IMG/VR virus record: IMGVR_UViG_3300049576_000013
Reading direction: 5' to 3' (one strand)
Source: an uncultured virus (IMG/VR IMGVR_UViG_3300049576_000013)
Taxonomy: Duplodnaviria; Heunggongvirae; Uroviricota; Caudoviricetes
DNA length: 64,000 nt
The translations under genes and the position numbers were made by a program. The notes under the pieces are model-generated. The model was not told where the DNA came from. It searched no databases and was given only the letters and a program-made list of their open reading frames with translations. Shown here piece after piece: positions 8,201-16,500 of the stretch; positions within the stretch are counted from its first letter, which is position 1; each line of letters begins with the position of its first letter.

Positions 8201-8433
8201 AGGTCAAGGTCCGAATACACAATGGACAGTTGCAGGTCTGGGATGACACACCGGCTGAGGCGTTTGGCCAGCTGTGGATGTCCGTGTGCCCCTGGTGTCA
8301 CCAGGGGCCACTGAATGATGGTGACGTGGTATGCGGCGAGTGTGACGCAGTCTCAGGGGAGACACCTGTCCGCGAGCTTAGCTTCCCGCCCGAGTGGAAG
8401 ATGCCCATGCCAACCCTGGAGGAGAACCCATGA
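8197..8433 (+). CDS. Small Zn-finger-like hypothetical protein
   Basis: CPWC...CGEC; coupled overlaps. Confidence 0.6.
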   Translation: MKVKVRIHNGQLQVWDDTPAEAFGQLWMSVCPWCHQGPLNDGDVVCGECDAVSGETPVRELSFPPEWKMPMPTLEENP

Positions 8434-8792
8434 ATGACGATCCAAAGGTGATCGCCGCCGTCTTCGAGGCATTCGGCATCACGGACGGGATGCGTCCACT
8501 GACTCATCCGTGGGTGGCCGAGTCGTATCGCACCTCCATCGCCTTCCCCGATCAGTACGAGGGAACCCTGGCCGATGGTCGACACTTCTACTTTCGGTTC
8601 CGTCACGGGTACGTGCAACTGGGCATCGGCTCTACCGCTGATGCGGCGGTAGATGACACGTTACGGGGAGGGCGAGCCGCCGGCCAAGCACTCGGTGACG
8701 AGTATGCCGGCAACTTCTCGTCCGCAGAGGAACGTGACACCGTGTTCGCGACGCTGCTCCAGCGTCGCCTGTCCAATGAGGAGAACCCATGA
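8430..8792 (+). CDS. Hypothetical protein (PDQYEG...YFRFRHG motif)
   Basis: ATGA overlap, GGAGGAG SD. Confidence 0.7.
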   Translation: MNDDPKVIAAVFEAFGITDGMRPLTHPWVAESYRTSIAFPDQYEGTLADGRHFYFRFRHGYVQLGIGSTADAAVDDTLRGGRAAGQALGDEYAGNFSSAEERDTVFATLLQRRLSNEENP

Positions 8793-9016
8793 GCAAACTC
8801 GCAACAGCCCCGTGCCCGAACTGCGGCATGCCCGGAACACTGAGCATCACGATGAAGTTCATCGCCAGGCCGCTGGGCACGTTCAGCCTGTCCGGGCAGC
8901 AGATGAAGGTGGCCGCCGAGGAGCGCCCCGTGCTCGGCTGCTCCAACTGCCCCTACGAGGTGGTGGGGCGCCTGGATGGTAGGCACGCCGTGTTCGACGT
9001 GGGGGCCACATCGTGA
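8789..9016 (+). CDS. Zn-ribbon hypothetical protein
   Basis: CPNC...CSNC; ATGA overlap. Confidence 0.7.
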   Translation: MSKLATAPCPNCGMPGTLSITMKFIARPLGTFSLSGQQMKVAAEERPVLGCSNCPYEVVGRLDGRHAVFDVGATS

Positions 9017-9225
9017 ACGTCTACGTGGTCACCTTCGGCGAGCGCGGCGAGGGGCGTAGCCCGATCGAGGTGTTCACTGGACTGCGTCAGGCGAAGGCGT
9101 ATGTGCTACAGAAGTTCCGAATCCAGATGGGCAACCAGGCTACCGATGGCGTGTGGCGCGGGAGCCTCAACTGGATCGACGAGGTTGAGATCATTCGTTT
9201 CAAGTTGAAAGGACACCCATCGTGA
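9013..9225 (+). CDS. Hypothetical protein
   Basis: GTGA overlap. Confidence 0.6.
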   Translation: MNVYVVTFGERGEGRSPIEVFTGLRQAKAYVLQKFRIQMGNQATDGVWRGSLNWIDEVEIIRFKLKGHPS

Positions 9226-9384
9226 TGTCCGAACCTGTACCGGCGAACCTCGTCGGCTGCCTGGACTCGGTCCGGGCCTACGTCATCGAACACGTTGACG
9301 GCGACACGTTCCTCTTACGTGAGGGGAGGGGTGCCTCCCTGGTAAACAGGGAGGAGGTCACTCGTCTCTTAACTGGAGGAGCGC

Positions 9385-9669
9385 ATGAAGTGGATTGATG
9401 TCCTATGGGCGGAGCTGGACGAGATGTCCGAGCCGGACCAGGTGATAGCCGCGTCTGACTACATCGCGGAAATCACCCGGTCCCTCCTCCCTGCCCTGGG
9501 TCGGCACCGCCGGGTCACGGTGGTGAAGATCCTGGAGCGCTCCGACTGGGACTCCCGTCGGCTAGCTGAGTCCATTGGCAGCCGCAAGAACGCCGTGGAA
9601 CGGCTGGCTGAGGAGGGTCGTTCGCTGCTTCGGGGCGAGGAGGAGAAGCGCCGTGAGCCAGCCCCATAA
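9385..9669 (+). CDS. Hypothetical protein, possible HTH
   Basis: GGAGGAG SD; WDSRRLAESIGSRKNAVERL HTH-like segment. Confidence 0.65.
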   Translation: MKWIDVLWAELDEMSEPDQVIAASDYIAEITRSLLPALGRHRRVTVVKILERSDWDSRRLAESIGSRKNAVERLAEEGRSLLRGEEEKRREPAP

Positions 9670-9675
9670 TGGCCC

Positions 9676-9704
9676 TTGCGCTCCCCCACCCCTCCCTGTA
9701 TGTT
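9676..9704 (+). promoter_or_regulatory. SigA-type promoter with conserved CCCACCCCTCCCTG spacer motif
   Basis: TTGCGC-17bp-TATGTT; upstream of the gene run containing the arrays and Cas7-like gene. Confidence 0.6.
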
Positions 9705-9782
9705 GGAGCTAGCCCGGGACCTGGCGGGTAGATGCACCAAAAGTCCTCGCTGGGTCCGGGGCACCATCCACAAAGGAGAACC

Positions 9783-10082
9783 ATGAGTGCAGCAGACGAC
9801 GCCCGTGCACGGATGCGGGACTGCATCGCCCAAGTGCTCGATGCCCAGGCTCGTCTCGACGAGATCCTGGCCGAGGCAAGGGAAGAGGTGCTGGCAGACC
9901 AGGCCCAACTGGCTCAAACGATCCGAGGGAAGCTGCGCCCTATCGGCCCCATGGAGTTAAACGTGCGAGCCGAGTCGAAGATGGTCAACTGGCCCCCCGT
10001 GAAAGACCTGGCCACCAGCCGAGACCGGATGACGCAGCAGGCCATCATGTACGGTATCGCCTCCCTGGTGGAGTCTCGATGA
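9783..10082 (+). CDS. Hypothetical protein
   Basis: AAAGGAG SD. Confidence 0.7.
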   Translation: MSAADDARARMRDCIAQVLDAQARLDEILAEAREEVLADQAQLAQTIRGKLRPIGPMELNVRAESKMVNWPPVKDLATSRDRMTQQAIMYGIASLVESR

Positions 10083-10270
10083 CTTCCTATGTCGAGACGG
10101 CCACCCTCCTGGCCGTGATGAACCACGACAAGGACGAGGCCAACACCTTGCTCGCCACGTTCCTGGACGGGGAACTGTCAAGGTTCCTTGCGCAGGTTCG
10201 GTACCTGGAGCTTCTGATCCGCAAGGAGAGGTGGCGGCGGGAAGACCTGAACGGGAGCATCACCAAGTGA
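10079..10270 (+). CDS. Hypothetical protein
   Basis: ATGA overlap. Confidence 0.6.
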   Translation: MTSYVETATLLAVMNHDKDEANTLLATFLDGELSRFLAQVRYLELLIRKERWRREDLNGSITK

Positions 10271-10569
10271 TCCTGGACCAGGCCACCTTCAACAGGGTCA
10301 CTGCTGTGGTGAACTACTGCCGACGCAACGGTGTCGACATCCCCACCCGGCTGCACGAGGCTGACCTGCTCTGGACTCCAGAACGGGAACGCCACCTGCG
10401 GGCCGATGCGATGCGCTTCATCGCCTTGGAGATCCTGGAGTGGAGCCCGGCCGAGTTCCTGCGCACGGTTAACCGCAGCATCACGAACGCCACCCCGGCG
10501 GAGATGTACCACGCCATCACACTGTGGATCAAGCGTCACGCGGATGAAGCTGAGAAGACAGCACCATGA
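10267..10569 (+). CDS. Hypothetical protein
   Basis: GTGA overlap, high GC3. Confidence 0.7.
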   Translation: MILDQATFNRVTAVVNYCRRNGVDIPTRLHEADLLWTPERERHLRADAMRFIALEILEWSPAEFLRTVNRSITNATPAEMYHAITLWIKRHADEAEKTAP

Positions 10570-10849
10570 CGACGACCCCCTTCGCATCAGGTCTTCCCCG
10601 CTCGACTTCCCCCCCCACACCTGGCCGCGTCTCGCCGACACATCTTCTCGATTCGGTTCTTGCCCGACTGTCCGCGACGACCCTGTACCAACCGTATCGA
10701 CTACGCCACCCGTCCCCGCTACTGGCCGACTCCTCGCTCCCGGACCTTGCGACTCCGACTGCCCCGCTCTTCTCGCGCCCCTTCTACCCGACAACTCAGC
10801 TCGCGCCGTCACTTGACGACGACCCCCCCCGGTCCTAGTCCCACCATTC
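10568..10849. repeat. Pentamer-periodic array 1: about 9 units of GAC+(NNNYC)5-6, candidate guide-RNA array
   Basis: e.g. gac ttccc ccccc acacc tggcc gcgtc tcgcc gac; gac tgccc cgctc ttctc gcgcc ccttc taccc gac. Confidence 0.85.
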
Positions 10850-10863
10850 ACAAAGGAGGTTCC

Positions 10864-11430
10864 ATGAAGCAGCTTGTCTCCCTACGTGATGTCAACGGAG
10901 AGATGCGCAAGGTCATCGAGGAGGAACTTGATCGTCACGCAGATGCTCCGTGGGTGGCGGCGTCAGTGGCCGTAGACCTGGTCGAACGGCTCCGCCAGGA
11001 CGACCCCGAGCTACTGAACAAGTGGCTGGAGCACCAGGCCGTCCGAGTGGTCCGTGAGGCCATCGTCGGCCTGGAGGGAGCGCGGCGGCAGCAGGCCAGG
11101 ATCAAGGCCGAGCGGCGGCGCCCCCCGAGCGTCTTCGCCAAGGCGTTGGAGCAGTACGAAGAGACCGGGCGGAGGGAAACCCTGGCGGCCTGGCTCGATA
11201 CTACGTTCATCGTCACTGCCAAGAACCAGCGCAAGACCCTCGGTGACATGGACCAGGAAGACCTGCGCTTCGCCGCCGACAGCTACACCCGCAGCGCCCG
11301 CGCGCTGGGGATGCAGGCAGCGTTCCTCCGCGTCCTCGCCAGCCGCGTCGGAGCCAAGAGGGTGTCCGAGGTGTTCGACGAGGAGGAGCTATCTCGCATC
11401 TGGCGTGAACTTGACCGCATGGGCGACTAG
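10864..11430 (+). CDS. 188-aa alpha-helical protein between arrays 1 and 2 (candidate accessory of the Cas7-like system)
   Basis: AAAGGAGG SD at end of array 1; high GC3; no recognisable family. Confidence 0.8.
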   Translation: MKQLVSLRDVNGEMRKVIEEELDRHADAPWVAASVAVDLVERLRQDDPELLNKWLEHQAVRVVREAIVGLEGARRQQARIKAERRRPPSVFAKALEQYEETGRRETLAAWLDTTFIVTAKNQRKTLGDMDQEDLRFAADSYTRSARALGMQAAFLRVLASRVGAKRVSEVFDEEELSRIWRELDRMGD

Positions 11431-11896
11431 TCGTTCCTCTCCCATCCCTGACCGACATTCCATGTCCCATCACACCGTTACGACTGCCCGGCTACGGGCC
11501 CCATCCCTCCGAGGCTACTCCGACTATCCACTTCAGAACGGGTCATGCCTCACCGATTCGACTCGGCTGCTCGGCACCGGTCCCCCCCGATCCGTCCTCG
11601 ACCAACCAGTCCACCCCTCTCCCAGTTCGACTTACCGCGCCTGACCGAGTCCGACCGAGTCTGTTCCGACTATGCGCTCCCGTTCATCCCGACATCGACT
11701 ACGCGTCACCGCCCGATCCATGCCATGTCCGACCAGTCTCCCCCCACCCCCCCTGCCCGGCTCTGCCCGACGACTCATTTCACGTCGAGCCGTCTCTGTT
11801 CGACTTGTCACTCCCGATCCGACCATCCCGAGGTCGACTGCCCGGATCAACTCTGCTCTCCCTGCTCCGACAACTCTGTCCAGGTCCACTCAACCC
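11424..11896. repeat. Pentamer-periodic array 2: about 14 units of GAC+(NNNYC)5-7, directly upstream of the Cas7-like gene
   Basis: e.g. gac attcc atgtc ccatc acacc gttac gac; gac tatcc acttc agaac gggtc atgcc tcacc gattc gac. Confidence 0.85.
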
Positions 11897-11915
11897 CCAA
11901 TAAAGGAGAATCAAC

Positions 11916-12704
11916 ATGGAAAGCATCTTCGCCGAGGCCCAAGGAAGGGCCTACCCGTACCGGTACGATGCCGAAATCTTCGTACCGATGCTGGTCGGCG
12001 GTGTGCCCTCGGACCCCAAGGTGGCCGAGGGTTGGATCCGCACCAAGGTGCAGGGCACCGAGGAGCGCATCCAGAACCTGATCGCTGAGACGATCGTGGA
12101 CCGTGGCGTATCTGCCGAGGAGGCGGTCAGGATCGTCAACGAGATGAAGAACCTGAACGGTTTCAAGCGCACCCCGGAGGGTGAGCTGTGCATCGAGGGT
12201 CGCCAACTCAAGGCGATGCTCAAGGAGGCCGTCTCGGTGGCCGCAGGTGCTGCGAAGATCAAGCAGACCGGCTGGGGCGTTACCCGCAAGTGGATCAAGG
12301 GATTCTTCCCGGAGCACGTCTTCGTGGTCGAGGGGATCGTCCCGCTGGGCGTCACCTCCCCCACCGGGATCCTCCAGAACTTCCCCCACACCCACAACGG
12401 GTCCTCCATCCAGTACCAGGAGTACGTCACCGACGTGAAGCTCAGCTTCACCGTCATCACCGACTGGAAGTTCACCAAGAAGGAGTGGGAGATGATCTGG
12501 ACCACGGCCGAGAAGCAGGGCCTCGGCTCCAGCCGCTCCCAGGGCTACGGCATCTTCTCCGTCACCCGCTGGGACGAGACCATCGACACCAGCGCCCTGA
12601 AGAACAAGTCCGGCGGCGCCGACGAGGATGACGACGGCTCCGAGGAGGCTCCGGTCGACGACTTCGTAGTGAAGGTGGGGCGCAGGAACAAGGCCGCCAG
12701 CTGA
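11916..12704 (+). CDS. Stand-alone RAMP/Cas7(Csm3)-like protein
   Basis: LCIEGRQLKAMLKEA resembles the RAMP PxIPGSSLKGxLR motif; C-terminal Gly-rich loop GLGSSRSQGYGIFSV; strong SD. Confidence 0.8.
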   Translation: MESIFAEAQGRAYPYRYDAEIFVPMLVGGVPSDPKVAEGWIRTKVQGTEERIQNLIAETIVDRGVSAEEAVRIVNEMKNLNGFKRTPEGELCIEGRQLKAMLKEAVSVAAGAAKIKQTGWGVTRKWIKGFFPEHVFVVEGIVPLGVTSPTGILQNFPHTHNGSSIQYQEYVTDVKLSFTVITDWKFTKKEWEMIWTTAEKQGLGSSRSQGYGIFSVTRWDETIDTSALKNKSGGADEDDDGSEEAPVDDFVVKVGRRNKAAS

Positions 12705-12723
12705 CCACTAGGTAGGTAAATAC

Positions 12724-12960
12724 ATGAATATTCTCTGTGACAACGTTTCTGTGTGCAGATCAAAAACCCGTGACTACGGCGACGAGGGCATCGCCCTGGA
12801 GCACGCCCGTGCCGCAGGTTGGCACATCTGGTCTGGCTACACGCACGGAGGAGAGTTCAAGACCGTCCGGCTGTGCAGCGTCTGCGTAGGCGCCCACCGT
12901 CGGGCACTGCGACCAGCTCCAGGACCGGCTGAGGGAGACCAGCCGCTCCTGGACATTTGA
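12724..12960 (+). CDS. Small Cys-containing hypothetical protein
   Basis: CxxxxxC...ARAAGW...LCxxC. Confidence 0.65.
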   Translation: MNILCDNVSVCRSKTRDYGDEGIALEHARAAGWHIWSGYTHGGEFKTVRLCSVCVGAHRRALRPAPGPAEGDQPLLDI

Positions 12961-13208
12961 CAGGAGAAGGATCCACTTTGAGATCCACACTGGTCATGGT
13001 GTACGTGGTTCTGGCCCTACTGTTGGCCGGCTGCCCCTCGGGCAGTGCGCCACCAGCATCAACTGAGCCAGTTCACCCGGGCGCCTTCTGTGATGACATC
13101 GGCGCACGGGGGAAGACAGCAGCTGGAACCGAGATGGTATGCGAAGTCTCATCCCCCGGTGATCGCCGGCCCCGATGGAGATCAGCTAGCCAACCCCAGC
13201 CCAGTTGA
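12957..13208 (+). CDS. Putative small lipoprotein
   Basis: LLLAGC lipobox; VHPGAFC...GxEMVC...PRWR. Confidence 0.6.
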   Translation: MTGEGSTLRSTLVMVYVVLALLLAGCPSGSAPPASTEPVHPGAFCDDIGARGKTAAGTEMVCEVSSPGDRRPRWRSASQPQPS

Positions 13209-13222
13209 CAGAGGAGAACAGC

Positions 13223-13348
13223 ATGGAAATCGGACGACCCGTTCGCGAAGTGGAGTTCGAGCCGATCCCGGAGGAGGCACCCGTGCAGGAGCCAGCCGTG
13301 GAGCCGGCCCCCGTGGTGGAGCCGGAGCGAGAGCCGGTGCCGGCATGA
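13223..13348 (+). CDS. Small Pro/Glu-rich peptide
   Basis: GAGGAG SD; MEIGRPVREVEFEPIP...; ATGA overlap with the next gene. Confidence 0.55.
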   Translation: MEIGRPVREVEFEPIPEEAPVQEPAVEPAPVVEPEREPVPA

Positions 13349-14013
13349 GTGAGGAGAAGATCCTGATCCCCGGAACCCTGCGAGGCTACCGGGTCTGGAG
13401 CGTGTTTCCGAAACGAAAGGGTGGTGCCGTAAAGCTGCACCCGGTTCACCAGAACGCGCACACGGCTTGGGAACCAGGCGAGAACGTGGCTAAGTGCTCG
13501 GGCGCGATGAACCACTCGGCCCCTGGAGAGAGCTGCACCTGTGGCTTCTACGCCAGCTACACGATGGGCGGGCTCATATCTGGACCAGGGTACGTTGTCG
13601 GCGTCGTCGAAGGGTACGGTCGCGTCTTCCTACACGAGACGGGGTTTCGGGCGGAGAAGATGGCCATCAAGGCTGTGTGGATGCCCCAGCCCACCTGGAC
13701 ACTGACGAGGTATCCGGGCGTGAAGCGGTACTTCCAGAGGCGCGACATGCTGGCCGACTTCCCGCCGCCGGACCCGAAGCAGATCCCGTCCATGTTCGGA
13801 CCCGAGGTGGGAGTCTCGTGGCCGGTCGGCCCTTCGATGGATGACATCGGTGTTGCCGTGCGGCAGTTCGTGCAGAGATACCAACAGCACCTTCTTCAGT
13901 TGGCAACTGTGCAGATACCTGGAGGCAACTGGCACATGTACGCACGCATCACTCACCCCATTTCCGGAAACACTTGGAGCTGGGACGGAACCAACTGGAG
14001 TTCCAATGGGTAA
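13345..14013 (+). CDS. Conserved-type actinophage hypothetical protein (GYRVW...CTCGFYA...GFRAEK)
   Basis: Motifs and ATGA overlap. Confidence 0.7.
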   Translation: MSEEKILIPGTLRGYRVWSVFPKRKGGAVKLHPVHQNAHTAWEPGENVAKCSGAMNHSAPGESCTCGFYASYTMGGLISGPGYVVGVVEGYGRVFLHETGFRAEKMAIKAVWMPQPTWTLTRYPGVKRYFQRRDMLADFPPPDPKQIPSMFGPEVGVSWPVGPSMDDIGVAVRQFVQRYQQHLLQLATVQIPGGNWHMYARITHPISGNTWSWDGTNWSSNG

Positions 14014-14275
14014 GGCCATCGTCATCTCTGTCACTGTCGTAGTGCTTGCAATGCTCCTCATCGGAGCCGCCATGTGGGCCACCAGGGAGAAGCGAAGCAT
14101 CCCCCGTGACGACCGGGACCGGGATCGGCTCCTCAACCGAGCTCACAAGATCCTGAGCGAGGCCGGGGCCGCCCACACCATCGAGGACAGCGACGTGCTG
14201 TCCCACCGCACCATGGCCGCTCGCGACGAGTGGCTTCAGAGGTACAACAACTACAACCGACGCAAGGAGATCTAA
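14006..14275 (+). CDS. Membrane-anchored protein
   Basis: N-terminal TM; precedes the SPFH gene. Confidence 0.65.
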   Translation: MGKAIVISVTVVVLAMLLIGAAMWATREKRSIPRDDRDRDRLLNRAHKILSEAGAAHTIEDSDVLSHRTMAARDEWLQRYNNYNRRKEI

Positions 14276-14276
14276 G

Positions 14277-15188
14277 TTGCGTAAAGCCCTAGCAGCCGTG
14301 GGCGCCCTACTCATCCTGGCCACTGCCGCCTGTGCCGAGATCGCTGATCCAGACATGGTCGGTCTCTACTACATGGAGGGGCAGAGTGACGGGTACAAGT
14401 TCGACCACTGCATCGACCCGGGGAAGTCCGACGACGCCTTGTGGAACAACTCGGTGGTCTGGCTCCCCAACAACCTCCGCACCTGGAACATCGCCCCCCA
14501 GGGCGGGGACACTGATCGCCCCATCACGGTGGCCTCCAAGCCCGAGGCGAACCAGCCCTCCGGTGTACAGGTCAACATCTGGTCGCAGGTCAACCTGATG
14601 CTCAACACCAACTGTGACGACGGTGGCAACAGCCCCCTGGTCCAGTTCTGGGAGAAGATCGGCCGCCGCTACGGCGCTGACACCGAGGAGGGCTGGAAGC
14701 GCACCCTGCTGAACACCGTGGTGCCGGCACTGGAGAAGGCCACCCGGGTCGTGGTGCGTAACTACTCCGCCGACCCGCTCGTGGCCGGGACCAGCCTCCC
14801 CGAGATCCAGGAGGCCATCGCCCGGGAGTTCTCCACGGAGCTGAAGCGGGTCACGGGCGGGGAGTTCTTCTGCGGCCCCGAGTTCAACCGAGCCACCACC
14901 GCCTGTCCCCCGGTGCAGGTGCTGGTGAAGGACGTGGACTACACGGATCCTGGCATTCAGCAGGCCCGCAATGACAAGCAGAAGGCCCTGGAGCAGGCGG
15001 CGGCCCGAGTGGCGGCGGCGCAGGGCGAGGTGGACGCTGCGGCCAAGCAGCGGGAGCTGTACGACAACCCGGCCTGGGTGCAGCTGGAGAAGGCCAAGAT
15101 CCAGCTGGAGATTGCCAAGGCGTGTGGGCAGAATCCGAATTGTCACATGGTGATGGGTTCGGACGGCACCATCATCACCACCAAGTAG
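14277..15188 (+). CDS. SPFH/band-7-like lipoprotein
   Basis: ATAAC lipobox, band-7-like core, C-terminal coiled coil. Confidence 0.7.
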   Translation: MRKALAAVGALLILATAACAEIADPDMVGLYYMEGQSDGYKFDHCIDPGKSDDALWNNSVVWLPNNLRTWNIAPQGGDTDRPITVASKPEANQPSGVQVNIWSQVNLMLNTNCDDGGNSPLVQFWEKIGRRYGADTEEGWKRTLLNTVVPALEKATRVVVRNYSADPLVAGTSLPEIQEAIAREFSTELKRVTGGEFFCGPEFNRATTACPPVQVLVKDVDYTDPGIQQARNDKQKALEQAAARVAAAQGEVDAAAKQRELYDNPAWVQLEKAKIQLEIAKACGQNPNCHMVMGSDGTIITTK

Positions 15189-15263
15189 CAGGACTCCCAG
15201 GGTCCGCCGGGAAGACGGTTGGAGAGCCGACGCGGGCGGACCCTGGGTTCACAGAGGAGAACC

Positions 15264-15443
15264 ATGCGAGTTGAGCACAGGATCTACACCGAGTTTGATG
15301 TGGAGCCGGAGCGTGCCTTCTGGGAGTGCTCCTGCGGCGCCAGTGGCACTGCCCCCAACTACACCGTGGACCTGGCCAGTGATCGCCACATCCCCAAGGA
15401 TGAGATGCGCATCGACACCAACAAGCCACTGGGAGAGATCTGA
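15264..15443 (+). CDS. Small hypothetical protein (WECSCG...H)
   Basis: GAGGAG SD. Confidence 0.6.
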   Translation: MRVEHRIYTEFDVEPERAFWECSCGASGTAPNYTVDLASDRHIPKDEMRIDTNKPLGEI

Positions 15444-15799
15444 TGGCCATCCCTGACCCCTACGCCAACGAACCCACCACCGAGCTGGACGAGGACCTTG
15501 TCCGCGCCTACCAGGAAGCCAAGCTGGCCGCCAAGCTGTGGGCCGAAGAGTTGGAGCGCATCAAGGGCAAGCTCCAGGAGGCTCTGGGCGACAGGCACGC
15601 TGGCACTGTTCAGGGCAGGAAGGTGGTGGCGTACCGGCCCCAGTCGCGGTACGCCGAGTCCAGGCTCGTGAAGGACAACCCCGACCTGGCGGAGGGCTTC
15701 TTCGCCATGGAGCGCAGGTTCCAGATTAATGCCTTCGCCGCCCAGCACCCGGACATCGCTGAGCAGTACCGGATCCGAGCCTTTGTGGAGCTGGGGTGA
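15443..15799 (+). CDS. Hypothetical protein (coiled coil plus beta domain)
   Basis: TGATG overlap, high GC3. Confidence 0.75.
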   Translation: MAIPDPYANEPTTELDEDLVRAYQEAKLAAKLWAEELERIKGKLQEALGDRHAGTVQGRKVVAYRPQSRYAESRLVKDNPDLAEGFFAMERRFQINAFAAQHPDIAEQYRIRAFVELG

Positions 15800-15947
15800 T
15801 CGAGGAGCGCCGCACCTGGGAGCATGAGTGCCGTTGGGTGGTCAGTCACCGACCGGCCGCCTGGTGGTACCGGCGCCGGGGCCTGATCCAGGAGCGGTGC
15901 CCCGAGTGCGGCTGCACCCGAGGAGTGCCGGCCAAACGGAGGCAGAT

Positions 15948-16187
15948 GTGAGCGAGGAGGAGTTAGCCCGCCAGTTCACCGAGGAACTAGATCGGTACGC
16001 GGCATGTGACCATGATTGGCAACTGAATGCGGTTTTCCGTGGCGGGTGGGCGAAGGATCGCTGGATCTCGGAGTGCACCAAGTGCGGGTGGGCGAGGTAC
16101 CACGCTGAACCTCCCGAGGATCGACCGCGCAGGAAGCGAAAGGTGGAAGAGGGTGAGAACCAAGATCCTGTCCGTAACGATCCATGA
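15948..16187 (+). CDS. Small Zn-binding hypothetical protein
   Basis: CDHDW...CTKCG; GGAGG SD. Confidence 0.55.
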   Translation: MSEEELARQFTEELDRYAACDHDWQLNAVFRGGWAKDRWISECTKCGWARYHAEPPEDRPRRKRKVEEGENQDPVRNDP

Positions 16188-16500
16188 CTGTGAGGTGCAA
16201 CATTTCCGCAGCGGTGGCAAGGGCGGACAGAACCAGAACAAGCGGGACACTGGGACGAGGGTGATACATCATCCTTCAGGCGCCCGAGGTGAGTCACGTG
16301 AGGAGCGTTCCCAGCTCCAGAACAAGAAGCTGGCGTTCCGGCGGATGGTCGAGTCGCCGAAGTTCCGGACTTGACTGCTGATCCAGACCGGTCGCCTGGC
16401 CCTGGTCGACTCCCGCGTGGAGCGGGAGATGACCCGGGAGCACATCAAGGTCGAGGTCAAGCGAGAGGGACGCTGGGTTGAAGATCATAGTCTATGGTGA
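16153..16500 (+). CDS. Class-I peptide chain release factor-like GGQ-domain protein with in-frame TGA at 16372-16374 (readthrough or pseudogene)
   Basis: FRSGGKGGQNQNKRDTG...RSQLQNKxxA motif; coding-like frame continues 41 codons after the TGA. Confidence 0.8.

Noticed and set aside
10568..11896. Classical CRISPR array
   Set aside because: No conserved 23-47-bp direct repeat with spacers; the only constant elements are a 3-4-nt (C)GAC delimiter and every fifth base
10566..12088. ORFs across the arrays (10566-10838, 10660 extension, 11545-12081, 11672-12088)
   Set aside because: Pro/Ser/Thr/Arg-rich translations without phage codon bias or SD; period 5 is incompatible with codon structure; real starts at 10864 and 11916 have strong SDs
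16366..16377. prfB-style +1 frameshift at the internal UGA
   Set aside because: Sequence is ACT TGA C rather than CTT TGA C, and the coding-like continuation is in the same frame
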